From Myxococcales bacterium (GTDB lineage: Bacteria; Myxococcota_A; Polyangia; Polyangiales; Ga0077539), in the NCBI GenBank assembly GCA_030652255.1, contig JAUSAZ010000112.1, positions 69,907 through 133,906 of the forward strand: DNA of 64,000 bases, given 5' to 3'. Shown in pieces: positions 18,096 to 28,320 of the stretch (the stretch's first letter is position 1; each line of letters opens with the position of its first letter). Both the position numbers and the translations under genes were made by a program. Under the pieces are notes generated by a model. That model saw only the letters and a list, made by a program, of their open reading frames with translations, had not been told where the DNA came from and ran no database searches.

Positions 18096-21000
18096 TCAGT
18101 ACGACGCGGACTGCACCTGGAAGTTGATGCCGAGCCCTTCGCGCAGGGAGAAGTACGTCTCGCTCATCGAGAACTGCACCACGTCCTTGAGCTTCTCGGC
18201 GGGCGCGAGGTCGCCGGGGAGGCCCGGCTCCAGGGCGAGCATCTTGCGGGCGATCTCCAGGTCGCCGCACATCAGGAAGCCCGCCCGGGCCGCCGTGAGC
18301 TCGACGGACTGGTACCACTTCTTGATGTTCGAGGCGCCGCCCTGCTCGAGGAAGTAGCGCACCACCTTGCGCAGGCCCTCGACCGCGATGGGGTCGGTGG
18401 CGAGCAGCGGCGCGAGGGTCTGCGCGGCCTGCGCCGACTCCGCCGGGACGTCCTGGTCGGACTTCACCAGCTTGATCGCCGCGAGCAGCATCACCGTGAG
18501 CTCCTGCGTGGTGGGCAGCAGCACGCGGATGTAGTGCTCGTTGCGGTAGTAGGTCATGTGCTTGGCCGCCACGAAGGCGAGCTCCTCCGGGCGCAGGCCC
18601 GAGAGCAGCCCGGCGCCCGCGAAGGACGCGATGGGCTCGCTCGGCACGTACCCGAGGCCGCCCTGCTGCTGCGGCTTCAGGAAGATCGACGGCAGCGGCA
18701 GGTTGAGGGCCTGCGACGACTGCGCGAGCGAGCGCACCAGGGCGACGGTGGTGTTCGCCGGGTCCTGAAGCTCCTTCTGGGTGAAGCCGAACTGCTGGAG
18801 CGGCTTCACCTTGGCGCGGCGCACCGCCCCGAGGATGGACGCGAAGATCTTGCCCACCACCGGGTCTTCGTTGGGGTGGAAGAGCTGCTTGACCCAGTGC
18901 TCCTCGGTGAGCCGGCCGGTCGGCGCGAGGGGCTTGCGCGGGCGGTACTGCTCGAAGAACGCGCGGAGGTCTTCGCGGGCCCGGTCGCGGAGCAGGAAGG
19001 CCGTGGTCGCCGCCACGCACCACGCCTTGTCGTGCTGGTGCGACTGGTAATACAGGTCGTAGATCGCGTGCAGGGCCTCGGAGTTGCCCATGTCCTGCGC
19101 GGCGATGGTCTGCCAGCGCGCGATGGACTCGGGGATGTCCCCGACGCGCATCGCCAGCTCGGCGACGATCTTGTGCTCCGTGAGGTCGTCGGGCTTGCGC
19201 TCGGACGCCAGCTTGAACACCGCGAGCGCCTTGTCGTTCTCGTTGAGCCGGTCGCGGTAGATGAGCCCGAGCGGGTGCAGCAGGCTGAACTCCAGGTCGC
19301 GGCTGTCGGGCTTGCCCGCGACGCGCTCGATCATGCGCTTGTAGGCGCGCGAGAGGCTGCGCCAGTCGCGCCGCGCCTGCAGGATCTCGTTGACCTTCGC
19401 GAAGGGCTTGAGCTCCGACGGGTTGAAGTCGAGCGCCTGGTTGTAGAACGTCAGCGCCTCGTCGGGGTTCTTCAGCTCCTGGTTGTAGATCGACGCGATG
19501 GAGTACGCGTAGCGCGCCTTGCGCTCGGCGTTGGTCTCCAGGTCGCTGATGCGCTGCACCACCTCGATGACCTTCGACCACTGCTTGGCCTCGGTGTAGA
19601 GCCCGAGCAGCTTGTGCAGCAGCACGTGGTCGCGGGGCTTGAGCTCCGCCGCGCCCGCGAAGGCCTGGATGGCCTTCTGGGTGTTCTTGGCCTTGTCCTG
19701 CCAGAGGCCGCCGATCTCCTGGAGCATCGCGAAGCGCTTCTCCTCGTCGTCCTCCATGTCGAGCAGCTGCGTGCGGTACCCGATCGCCTGCTCCCACTCC
19801 GCGCCCGCGGAGTGCGTGTCGATGAGCGCCCCGAGCGCCGGGCGGTACCCGGGGTACTCCTCCAGCGACTTCTCCAGGAAGTTCGCCGCGCGCCGGCGGT
19901 CGCCCTGCGCGGACTTCACCACGCCGAGCCGGTAGTACAGGTCGGCCCGCGCCTCGGCGTCGAGCTCGTCCTTGTGGTGCACGAGCAGCACCTGATAGTG
20001 CTTGAACGCGTTGTCCCAGTCCTGCTTCTCGAAGTAGGCGAGCGCCAGCGCGGAGATGGACTCCACGTTGGCCCGGTCGAGCGCCTGCGCCGCCGTGAAG
20101 GCCTTGATGGCGCGGTCGCCCTTGCCGAGCGCCACCGCGACGCGGCCCATCGTGAGCTGGATCTGGAGCTGCTCCGCCGGGTCGCGCCGCGACGCGCGGC
20201 GGGTGAGCATCTCCGCGAGGGGCTCAGCGTCGGCCCAGCGCTGCTCGGCGACGTAGAAGTTGCACAGCGGCCAGGCGGCCTCCTCCTGGTCGGGGTCGCA
20301 GCGCAGCGCCTCCTCGTAGCAGCTGATCGACTGCGCCTGGTCGTCGAGGTGCTGCGCGTTCACGCGGCCGAGCTCGGTGAGGAGCTTCGCGCGGGTGCGC
20401 GGCAGCTCCGTCGCGGCCTGCTCGCGGTCGAGGTAGCGGGCCACCTCGTACCAGTCCTCGCGGCGCGTCGCGATGGCGCGCAGGGCCTCGAGGGCGGGCA
20501 GGTGCGCGGGGTCGAGGTCGAGCGCGGCCTGGTACTGGTCCACCGCGCGGAGCTCGTCGCCCAGCGAGGTCTCGGCGATCTTGCCGACGCGCACCCGCAG
20601 CTCGACGGCCTTGGCCGTGTCGCCGGCCACGAACTGCGCGAGCTGCTCGAGCATGTCCGTGGCGCGGTGCCAGTCGTTGCGCGACTCGTAGATGCGCGCC
20701 AGCGCGTCGAGCGCGTCGACGTTCTCCGCGTCGATCTGGAGCACGTTCAGGAAGGCGTCCTCCGCGTGCTCGAGGTCGCGCTTCTCGTCGGCGTACACCC
20801 GGCCCATCTGGAGGAAGACGGGCACCCGGTCGCGGCGCTCGCCGGTCGCCGTGAGGTGGCGCTCCAGCGTGGCGATGAGCTCGTTCCACTGCCCGGTCTG
20901 GCGGTAGAGGCGCTCCAGGGCGCGCAGCGAGGGGTCGTGCGAGGGGTCGATCTCCAGCACGCGCTCGAAGCGCTCGATGGCCAGCGCGGGCCGGACGAAC

Positions 21001-24000
21001 TCCTCCTCCAGCATCGCGCCGATGCGGGTGAGCAGCTTGATGCGCTCGCGCTCCGTCGACACCACCTCGAGCTGCTGCTCCAGCACCCCGAGCAGCTCCT
21101 GGCTGCGCCCGAGCCGGGCGTAGATGCCCTCCAGGCCGCGCATGGCGGCGAGGTTCACCGGGTCGGCCTCGAGCACCGCGGCGTACTCCGCGGCGGCGCC
21201 CTCGAGGTCGCCGGTGCGGTCTTCGAGCACCGAGCCCACGCGCATGCGCAGCTCGGCGGCCTCCGCGGGGTCGGCCACGGAGGCCACGTGGCGGCGCAGC
21301 ACGTCGACCAGCGCGGGCCAGTCCTCCGCCGCGGCGTGCACCCGGGCGAGCGCCGCGAGCGCCGCGCCGTCCGTCGCGTCGATGGCCAGCGCCGCGTGGA
21401 ACTGCTCCACCGCCTGCTGCGGCTGCTTCAGGCTCTTCTCGTAGACCTCGCCCAGCTGCACGTGGGCGGTGCGACGGTCCTCCGGCGAGCGCGCGACCTC
21501 CACGGCCCGCTGGAGGGTCTTGGCGAGGGGCTGCCACTGCCCCAGGCGCCGGTAGAGCTCACCCTGCGAGCGCAGCGCCTGGAGGTTGCCCGGCTCCGCC
21601 GCCAGGATCTGCGTGTAGATCGGGATCGCCCACTCGGGGTGCCCCAGCTCCAGGCCGTACCACTTCGCGGCGTGCAGCCCGAGCTGCGTCTTGCGCGCCC
21701 CCGCGGGCTCCGCCGTGTAGGCCTCCATGGTCGTCTTGAGCAGCTCGTTCCACTTGCTACTGGCGCCGGTGATGGCCTCGAGCGCCGCGATCGCCTCGGG
21801 GTTGGTGACGTCCTCCTCGAAGGCGATCTGCGCCGCCGCAAAGGCCTGCTCCCGGTCGCCCAGCTCGGTGTCGAACACCTTCGCCGCGCGCACCATGAAG
21901 GGCACCGCCTCGGCGACGTTGCCGTCCTCCGCGAGCTTGTCGTGCCGCGCCACGTAGAGCCCCGAGAGCTCGTCCCAGCGCGCCGCCTCGCGGTGCAGCG
22001 ACTCCAGCGCCGTGAAGGCCCGCCCGTGCAGGGCGTCGACCTCCAGCACCGCCTCGTACGAGGCCCGCGCCCCGTCGGGCTCGCCGATGCGCTGCTCCCA
22101 GACGTCCGCCGCCTGGAGGTGCAGCGCGACCTTCGTCTCCGCGTCGTCGGCGCCCGCGGCCTGCCGCCCGAGCACGTCCACCACCTCGCGCCACTCCTCG
22201 CGCGCCGTGTGGATCACCAGCAGCGCGGCGAGCGAGGTGGCGTCCGCGGGGTCGACCTCGAGCGCGTTGCGCCACGCGTCGACGGACTCGTCCCCCTGGC
22301 CCAGCACGGTCCAGTAGATGGTCCCGAGCTCCGACCACGCGGCCTTGATCTCGTCGTTCTCCAGCGTCGCGGTGCCGAGCGCGATGAGCGTCTGCAGCGT
22401 GACCACCAGCTCGTCCCAGCGCTGCCCCTGGCGGTAGATCGCCGCCAGCGCCCGCAGCGCCTCGAAGGACGCCGACTCGATGTCGAGCACGCGCCGGTAG
22501 CCCTCGATGGCCCGCTCGACGTCGCCCAGCTTCTCCAGGTAGACCGCCGCCACGCGCAGCGCGATCTCCACGCGCCGGTCGGAGTCGGCCTCGCTCCCGA
22601 GCTGGCGCTCGAGCACGTCGATGAGGTCCTGCCAGCGGCCTGCGGCCTCGTGCAGCGCGGCGATGGCGCTGAGCGTCTCGGCCTCCTCGCCGCGGATCAC
22701 CAGCACCTGCTCGTAGAGCTTCACCGCGTCGTCGGGGCGCCCGAGGTAGTCCTGGGCGATGCTCGCCATGCGGGTGTAGGTCTCCGCGCGCTCCTCGTCG
22801 GAGTCCGCCGCGTCGAGCTTGCGCTCCTGCACGGCGTAGAGCTCGGGCCAGCGCTCCTGCGAGGCGTAGATGGCCTCCAGGGCGTCGAGGCTGGGCCGGT
22901 TGCGCGCGTCGATGGTCTCGACCACCGCGCGGTACTGCACCACGGCGTCGTCCACGCGGCCGAGGTCGTCGCGCAGCAGGCCCGCGAGGCGCAGCGTGTG
23001 GCCGACCTTCTCCTCCGGGTCCTCGGTGATCTGCGCGCGGCGCGAGAGCACCGTCACCAGCTTCTCCGCCTCGCCCGAGGCCGTGTGCAGCCGGTCGAGG
23101 GACTCCAGCGCGTCGGGGTCGAGCGGCGCCACGTCCAGCACGAACTGGTACGCGCCCTCCGCCGAGGGCAGGTCGCTCCGCTCCTCCTCGTGCACCCGCG
23201 CCAGGCGCTTGCCGATCACCACCCGCACGTCGTCCGTGGTGCTCTCCGCCTCGACCACGTCGGCGTAGACGTTGGTGAGGTCGTCCCACGCGCCGGTCGC
23301 CGCCGCGAGGCGCTCGACCTCGGTGAGCGAGCGGTCGTCGAGGGGAGCCTCCTTCACCGCGCGGCCGAGCCACTCGAAGGCCCCCACGGCGTCGGCGCGC
23401 TTCTCCTCCAGGATCTCCGCGATGCCCCGCATCGCCAGCACCCGGTCGCCCGCCTCGGGGATGAGGTCGAGCGTGCGGGCCTGGAGGTCGGCCAGCTTCT
23501 CCCAGTCCTCGTACATCCGGTAGAGCGGGTCGAGCGCCGCCGCGACCTCGGCGCGCAGCACGCCACGCGCGAACATAGCCTCCAGCGCGGCGACGGTCTC
23601 CGCGTGGTCGGCCTGCACGTCGATGATCTCGCGGTACACCGCGAGCGCCCCCGCGGGGTCGCCCAGCCGGTGCTCCAGCACCTGCCCGAGCCGGTAGCGC
23701 AGCGACACGGCGTCGTCGGGCGAGAGGTCGGACAGCGTGAGCTCGCGGCGCAGCACCTCGGCCACCTGGGGCCACTGCTCCAGGGCCTCGTAGAGCCGGT
23801 CGAGGGCCCGCAGCGCGCTCGCGTTGCCGGCGTCGACCTCCAGCACCGCGCGGTAGCGGCTGATGGCGGCGTCGGCGTCGGCGCGCTGCACCTCGTGGAT
23901 CTGGCCCACGCGCAGCAGCAGCTCGACGTGCCGGTAGGGGTCGTCGGCGAGGGACGCGACGGCGCCGTCGTACACGGCGACCACCGTGTCCCAGCGAGAG

Positions 24001-27000
24001 AGACCCTCCGCGAGGCGCTCGAAGTTGCCGAGGTTCTCCTCGACGCGCGGGTCGAGCGCCACCGCGCGGGCCATCGCGTCGAAGGCGGCCTCCGGGCGGT
24101 CGAGCGCCGACTCGTTGACGTCCGCGATGCGCTGGAGCAGCTCCAGCTTGCGGGGCACGTCGTCGGTGTGGCGCACCTCGACCTCCAGCACCTCGACGAG
24201 CGGCTCGTAGGCGCCCGAGGCGGAGAACACCGGCTCCAGCACCGCCGCCGCCGCGAGGGGCGCGCGGTCGCCGCGGAGGATGGCCGTGAGCGCGCCCACC
24301 GAGGGCGCGTGATCGGGGATGGTCTCGACGATCTCGCGGTAGATCTCGACGGCGCGCGGCACGTCGGCGAGGTTGCCCTCGTGCAGCTTCGCCACGCGGA
24401 AGCGGTACGACGCGACCTCGTCCGGGTCGGCCGCGAGCTCGGCCTCGCGCTCGAGCACCGAGAGCAGGTCCTGCCAGCGGCCCTGGGCCGTGTAGAGCGC
24501 GTCGAGCTTCTGGATCGCCAGCAGGTCCGTCGGGTCGAGCTCGAGGACGTGGTTGTACGCGTCGATGGCGCGGTCGTTGTCGTGGAGCTCGCTCTCGTAC
24601 ACGGCCGCGACCTCGAAGAAGAGCCGCTTCTTCTCGTCGGCGTCGCTGATGAGCGCGGCCTTCTTCTCGTAGGCCGCGAGCAGCTCGGGCCAGCGCTGGC
24701 CGGTCACGAAGATGCGGATGAGGGCGTCGAGCGCGGCGACCTCGCTGTCGTCGACCTCGACGATGCGGGCGTAGGTGCGCACCGCCCCATCGACGTCGTT
24801 GAGCACCGTCTCGTAGATCTCCGCCGCGCGCCACAGGTACGACTTGCGCTCGTCGAGGTCGTCGAGGATCTCGGCCTTGCGCACCAGGGTCTCGGTGAGC
24901 TCCTTCGGCCGGTCGGTGAGCTGGTAGAGCCGCTCCAGGGACGACACCGCGTCGAGGTTGCCGGGCTGCACCGCGAGCGCCGCGACCTCGTGCCCGATGG
25001 CCCGGTCGAGGTCCCGCAGCCGCTCCTCGGACACCGCGGAAGCACGGCGGTGCAGGGCGACCCGCACCTCCACGTCGTCTCCGCCCTCACCCAGCGCCGC
25101 GATGCGCGCCTCGATGACCTCCACGAAGGCCCGGTCGATCTCCAGCGAGCGCGCCAGCCGGTCGAGCCCATTGAGGGTGTCCTCCCGCGACGGGTCCTCC
25201 GTCAGCGCCTGCGTCAGCGCGCCGAAGGCCCCGGCACCGTCGTCGAGCGCCGTCTCCCGCAGCTCCGCTACCCGGTGCAGCAGATCGACCTTCGTCGCCC
25301 GCTCGGAGAGCCCCGCCTGCACGTCCAGGGCATGCACCAGCCGCTCCCACGCGCCGCTCGCGCGGTACACCGGCTCCAGCGTGTCGACCACCGTCGCGGT
25401 GTACGTCGCGTCGCCGAGCATCGCCTCGAGCGCCGCCGCCGCCCGCTCCGACGACTCCTCGCGGGTCACCACCTCGCGCAGGATCTCGATCGCCGCCTCG
25501 CGGTTGCCCAGCCGCTGGTCCTGCACCTCCGCCAGGCGGAACTGCAGCGCCGCGCGGCCCTCTCCCTCCGCCGCGAGCGACACCTGCTGCGCGAGGTTGT
25601 CCGCCAGCTCGGTCCACTTGCCCAGCCGGGTAAACATCCGGTCGAGCGCGGCCAGCGCGAGGGCGTTGGTCGGGTCGCGCTCCAGCATCGCGTGGTACGT
25701 CGCCACGCTCGCGTCGGCGTCGCCGAGGCGCTCGTCCTGCACCGCGGCGATCTCCGCCTGCACCCGGTCGTACTCCTCCGGGTCGGCGGTGACCTCCAGC
25801 CGGCGACGGAGCGTGGCGAGCACCTCGGGCCACCGCCCCGCGGAGCGCCAGGTGCGCTCCAGCGCCTCGAGCACCGCGACGTCGCCCGGGTTCGACGCGA
25901 GCACCCGCTCGAGCGCCGTCACCGCGTTCTGCACGTTGCCGAGGAAGCGCCCCTCGATCTCCGCGACGCGCACGTAGAGGTCGCGCCCGAGGGTCGTGCC
26001 CGCGTGCTGCTCCGCCGCCTCGCGCAGGAGCACCACCACCTGCGGCCAGCCGTCGACGGCCTCGGACACCCGCATGAGCGTCTCGGTCACCTCGGCGTTC
26101 GACGGGTCCTCCTGAAAGGCCCGCCCGTACGCCTCCAGCGCCCGCGGCGCCTGGCCCAGCTCCGTCGCGCACACCGCGCCGATGCGCTGCAGCAGCGCCA
26201 CGCGCTCGGCCTTGTCGTCGCCCTCCGCCACGAGGATTTCGAGCGCGCGCACCAGGGCCTCCCAGTCGCCGCGCAGCTCGTACACCGGCTGCAGCACCTC
26301 CGCCGCCGCGTGCCGCAGCGACGGGTCGCGCAGGAGCCCTTCGAGGGCCTGCCGCGCGCCGTCGTGCTCGGGCGCGCTCGCCAGCACCGAGCGGTACAGC
26401 TCCAGCGCCTCGGCGGCCTGACCCAGCCGCTGCTGCGTCACCGTCGCCAGGTGGAAGCGGATCGCCGTCCCCTTCGCGTCGTCGCCGAGCGCGTCGTGCA
26501 CGTCGAGCTCGCGGCGCAGCGCCTCCGCCAGCTGCGGCCACTGCTCCTGCTTCTCGTAGAGCCGCGCCAGCGCCGCGAGCGCCTCGGGGTCGTCACCGAA
26601 CTCCGCCACGATGGCCGTCGCGGCCTCGACCGCGCGGGGGAGGTTCTGCAGCCGCTCCTCGGCGACGTGCACCACGTCGAGGAGCAGGGCCTTGCGGGTC
26701 TCCCCGTCGCCCACGATCTCCAGGCGCCGGTCGAGCACGTTGAGCAGCTCGGCCCACTGCCCGTGCGCGCGCAGCATCGACTCCAGCGCCGCGAGCGCCT
26801 CGGGGTGCGCCTCGTCGCCCGCGAGCACCGCCCGGTACTGCGCCACCGCGCCGTCGACGTCGTCGAGGTGCGCCGCGAGGATGGACCCCGCCCGCAGCCG
26901 CAGCGTCACCCGCGCGGCGTCGCCCACGGTCGCGTCGGCGATGGCGCTGTCGAGGGCGTTCTGCGCCTCGCGCCACCGGCCGGTGAGGGCCGCCGCGCGC

Positions 27001-28232
27001 TCCAGGTCGACCACCGAGCGCGGCTCCGACGGGGCCTGCGCCAGCGCGTCGCGGAAGCGCTCGAAGGCCAGCGCCCCCTCGCCGAGCGCGGCCTCGTAGA
27101 GCTCGCCCAGCCTGCGCAGGGTGTCCACCTGCTCGGCCCCGTGCGCGTCGCCGAGGCGCTTCACCTCGAGGGCCGTCGCGAGGCGCTTCGCGTCGTTGGC
27201 CGCGGTGTACATCGGCACCAGCCGCAGCGCCGCGTCGCGGTTGGCGGGGTCGATCTCCAGCACCTTCTCCAGGTAGCGCGCCGCGCGGTCGACCTTCTCC
27301 TTCCGCACCTCCCAGAGCTGCGCGACCTTCCCGAAGAGCGACACCTTCGTGGCGTCGTCCGCGGCGGGGTTCTCCGCCTCGCGCTCGAGCAGCCGGATGA
27401 GCTCGTCCCACTTCCCGCTCTCGGCGTAGAAGGTCTCCAGCTCGTCCCACGCGTGCATCGCGAGGTAGCGCTTCTTCAGGGCCTCCTGCGCGCGCCGGTC
27501 GTTGGGGTCGAGCGCCATGACGCCGCGCCACGCCTCGACGGCGATGACGTCGTCGTTGAGCCGGTCGCCCGCGATGAGCCCGAGCTTCACCAGCAGCTGG
27601 ATGCGCTGCGGCACGTCGGCGGTCATCGCGGCCTGCGAGCGCAGCACCTCGGCGAGCTTCGCGTAGTCCTTGGACTTCTCGTAGAAGCCCGCGAGCTGCG
27701 TGAGGGCCTCCGGGTGCCCCGGGTCGCGCGCGAGGACCTCCTCCCACATCTCCGTGCAGACCTCCGGGCGCTTGACCTTCTCGGTCACGAAGCGCGCGAG
27801 GCCGAGGTACTGGTCGAGCTGCTGCGACGCGGGCGCGGCGGCCACCTCGCGGCGCAGGATGCGCAGGAGCTTGTCCCAGTCCTTGCGCTTCTCGTACATC
27901 GACTTGAGGTAGTCGATGGCGCGCGCGTTCTCCGCGTCGACGTCCAGGATCTGCTCGTTGGCCTTGATGGCCTCGGCCTGGTTGGAGAAGCGCTCCAGGT
28001 AGATGCCCGCGATGCGCTCGAGCACGGCTACGCGCTCGTACTTGTCGTCGAGCAGCTCGACCTTCGCCTGGAGGGTCTTGATGAGGTCCTGCCAGCGCTT
28101 CTGGCCCTCGAACTTCGCGGCGGCCTCGTCGAGCTCGCGCAGGCGCTCGGGGTCCGGCGGGGGACGCAGCGTCGCGGGCCCTTCGATTGCGCTCGAACCG
28201 TCGATGCCCTGGATGTCGTCGGAGTTGCTCAT
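18096..28232 (-). CDS. giant TPR-repeat protein (3378 aa), GltI/AgmK-like, with a non-TPR C-terminal domain
   Basis: One uninterrupted high-GC3 frame. It carries dozens of ~38-40-aa units of the type RWxELxxxLER.L...D..E...LL.RIA.I.E..L.D...AI.AY..VLE.DP.N..AL.AL.RLY. The last ~309 aa are not TPR-like. The antisense 3524-aa ORF is low-complexity shadow sequence. Confidence 0.9.
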   Translation of the reverse strand: MSNSDDIQGIDGSSAIEGPATLRPPPDPERLRELDEAAAKFEGQKRWQDLIKTLQAKVELLDDKYERVAVLERIAGIYLERFSNQAEAIKANEQILDVDAENARAIDYLKSMYEKRKDWDKLLRILRREVAAAPASQQLDQYLGLARFVTEKVKRPEVCTEMWEEVLARDPGHPEALTQLAGFYEKSKDYAKLAEVLRSQAAMTADVPQRIQLLVKLGLIAGDRLNDDVIAVEAWRGVMALDPNDRRAQEALKKRYLAMHAWDELETFYAESGKWDELIRLLEREAENPAADDATKVSLFGKVAQLWEVRKEKVDRAARYLEKVLEIDPANRDAALRLVPMYTAANDAKRLATALEVKRLGDAHGAEQVDTLRRLGELYEAALGEGALAFERFRDALAQAPSEPRSVVDLERAAALTGRWREAQNALDSAIADATVGDAARVTLRLRAGSILAAHLDDVDGAVAQYRAVLAGDEAHPEALAALESMLRAHGQWAELLNVLDRRLEIVGDGETRKALLLDVVHVAEERLQNLPRAVEAATAIVAEFGDDPEALAALARLYEKQEQWPQLAEALRRELDVHDALGDDAKGTAIRFHLATVTQQRLGQAAEALELYRSVLASAPEHDGARQALEGLLRDPSLRHAAAEVLQPVYELRGDWEALVRALEILVAEGDDKAERVALLQRIGAVCATELGQAPRALEAYGRAFQEDPSNAEVTETLMRVSEAVDGWPQVVVLLREAAEQHAGTTLGRDLYVRVAEIEGRFLGNVQNAVTALERVLASNPGDVAVLEALERTWRSAGRWPEVLATLRRRLEVTADPEEYDRVQAEIAAVQDERLGDADASVATYHAMLERDPTNALALAALDRMFTRLGKWTELADNLAQQVSLAAEGEGRAALQFRLAEVQDQRLGNREAAIEILREVVTREESSERAAAALEAMLGDATYTATVVDTLEPVYRASGAWERLVHALDVQAGLSERATKVDLLHRVAELRETALDDGAGAFGALTQALTEDPSREDTLNGLDRLARSLEIDRAFVEVIEARIAALGEGGDDVEVRVALHRRASAVSEERLRDLDRAIGHEVAALAVQPGNLDAVSSLERLYQLTDRPKELTETLVRKAEILDDLDERKSYLWRAAEIYETVLNDVDGAVRTYARIVEVDDSEVAALDALIRIFVTGQRWPELLAAYEKKAALISDADEKKRLFFEVAAVYESELHDNDRAIDAYNHVLELDPTDLLAIQKLDALYTAQGRWQDLLSVLEREAELAADPDEVASYRFRVAKLHEGNLADVPRAVEIYREIVETIPDHAPSVGALTAILRGDRAPLAAAAVLEPVFSASGAYEPLVEVLEVEVRHTDDVPRKLELLQRIADVNESALDRPEAAFDAMARAVALDPRVEENLGNFERLAEGLSRWDTVVAVYDGAVASLADDPYRHVELLLRVGQIHEVQRADADAAISRYRAVLEVDAGNASALRALDRLYEALEQWPQVAEVLRRELTLSDLSPDDAVSLRYRLGQVLEHRLGDPAGALAVYREIIDVQADHAETVAALEAMFARGVLRAEVAAALDPLYRMYEDWEKLADLQARTLDLIPEAGDRVLAMRGIAEILEEKRADAVGAFEWLGRAVKEAPLDDRSLTEVERLAAATGAWDDLTNVYADVVEAESTTDDVRVVIGKRLARVHEEERSDLPSAEGAYQFVLDVAPLDPDALESLDRLHTASGEAEKLVTVLSRRAQITEDPEEKVGHTLRLAGLLRDDLGRVDDAVVQYRAVVETIDARNRPSLDALEAIYASQERWPELYAVQERKLDAADSDEERAETYTRMASIAQDYLGRPDDAVKLYEQVLVIRGEEAETLSAIAALHEAAGRWQDLIDVLERQLGSEADSDRRVEIALRVAAVYLEKLGDVERAIEGYRRVLDIESASFEALRALAAIYRQGQRWDELVVTLQTLIALGTATLENDEIKAAWSELGTIYWTVLGQGDESVDAWRNALEVDPADATSLAALLVIHTAREEWREVVDVLGRQAAGADDAETKVALHLQAADVWEQRIGEPDGARASYEAVLEVDALHGRAFTALESLHREAARWDELSGLYVARHDKLAEDGNVAEAVPFMVRAAKVFDTELGDREQAFAAAQIAFEEDVTNPEAIAALEAITGASSKWNELLKTTMEAYTAEPAGARKTQLGLHAAKWYGLELGHPEWAIPIYTQILAAEPGNLQALRSQGELYRRLGQWQPLAKTLQRAVEVARSPEDRRTAHVQLGEVYEKSLKQPQQAVEQFHAALAIDATDGAALAALARVHAAAEDWPALVDVLRRHVASVADPAEAAELRMRVGSVLEDRTGDLEGAAAEYAAVLEADPVNLAAMRGLEGIYARLGRSQELLGVLEQQLEVVSTERERIKLLTRIGAMLEEEFVRPALAIERFERVLEIDPSHDPSLRALERLYRQTGQWNELIATLERHLTATGERRDRVPVFLQMGRVYADEKRDLEHAEDAFLNVLQIDAENVDALDALARIYESRNDWHRATDMLEQLAQFVAGDTAKAVELRVRVGKIAETSLGDELRAVDQYQAALDLDPAHLPALEALRAIATRREDWYEVARYLDREQAATELPRTRAKLLTELGRVNAQHLDDQAQSISCYEEALRCDPDQEEAAWPLCNFYVAEQRWADAEPLAEMLTRRASRRDPAEQLQIQLTMGRVAVALGKGDRAIKAFTAAQALDRANVESISALALAYFEKQDWDNAFKHYQVLLVHHKDELDAEARADLYYRLGVVKSAQGDRRRAANFLEKSLEEYPGYRPALGALIDTHSAGAEWEQAIGYRTQLLDMEDDEEKRFAMLQEIGGLWQDKAKNTQKAIQAFAGAAELKPRDHVLLHKLLGLYTEAKQWSKVIEVVQRISDLETNAERKARYAYSIASIYNQELKNPDEALTFYNQALDFNPSELKPFAKVNEILQARRDWRSLSRAYKRMIERVAGKPDSRDLEFSLLHPLGLIYRDRLNENDKALAVFKLASERKPDDLTEHKIVAELAMRVGDIPESIARWQTIAAQDMGNSEALHAIYDLYYQSHQHDKAWCVAATTAFLLRDRAREDLRAFFEQYRPRKPLAPTGRLTEEHWVKQLFHPNEDPVVGKIFASILGAVRRAKVKPLQQFGFTQKELQDPANTTVALVRSLAQSSQALNLPLPSIFLKPQQQGGLGYVPSEPIASFAGAGLLSGLRPEELAFVAAKHMTYYRNEHYIRVLLPTTQELTVMLLAAIKLVKSDQDVPAESAQAAQTLAPLLATDPIAVEGLRKVVRYFLEQGGASNIKKWYQSVELTAARAGFLMCGDLEIARKMLALEPGLPGDLAPAEKLKDVVQFSMSETYFSLREGLGINFQVQSASY

Positions 28233-28320
28233 CGTCGTTCCTTCAAGACCTCAGCGGTGCTGCGCGGTCGCGCTCCGCCCTCATCGGGACACTGTGCTGC
28301 GAGAATTCAGTGCGACGCGC

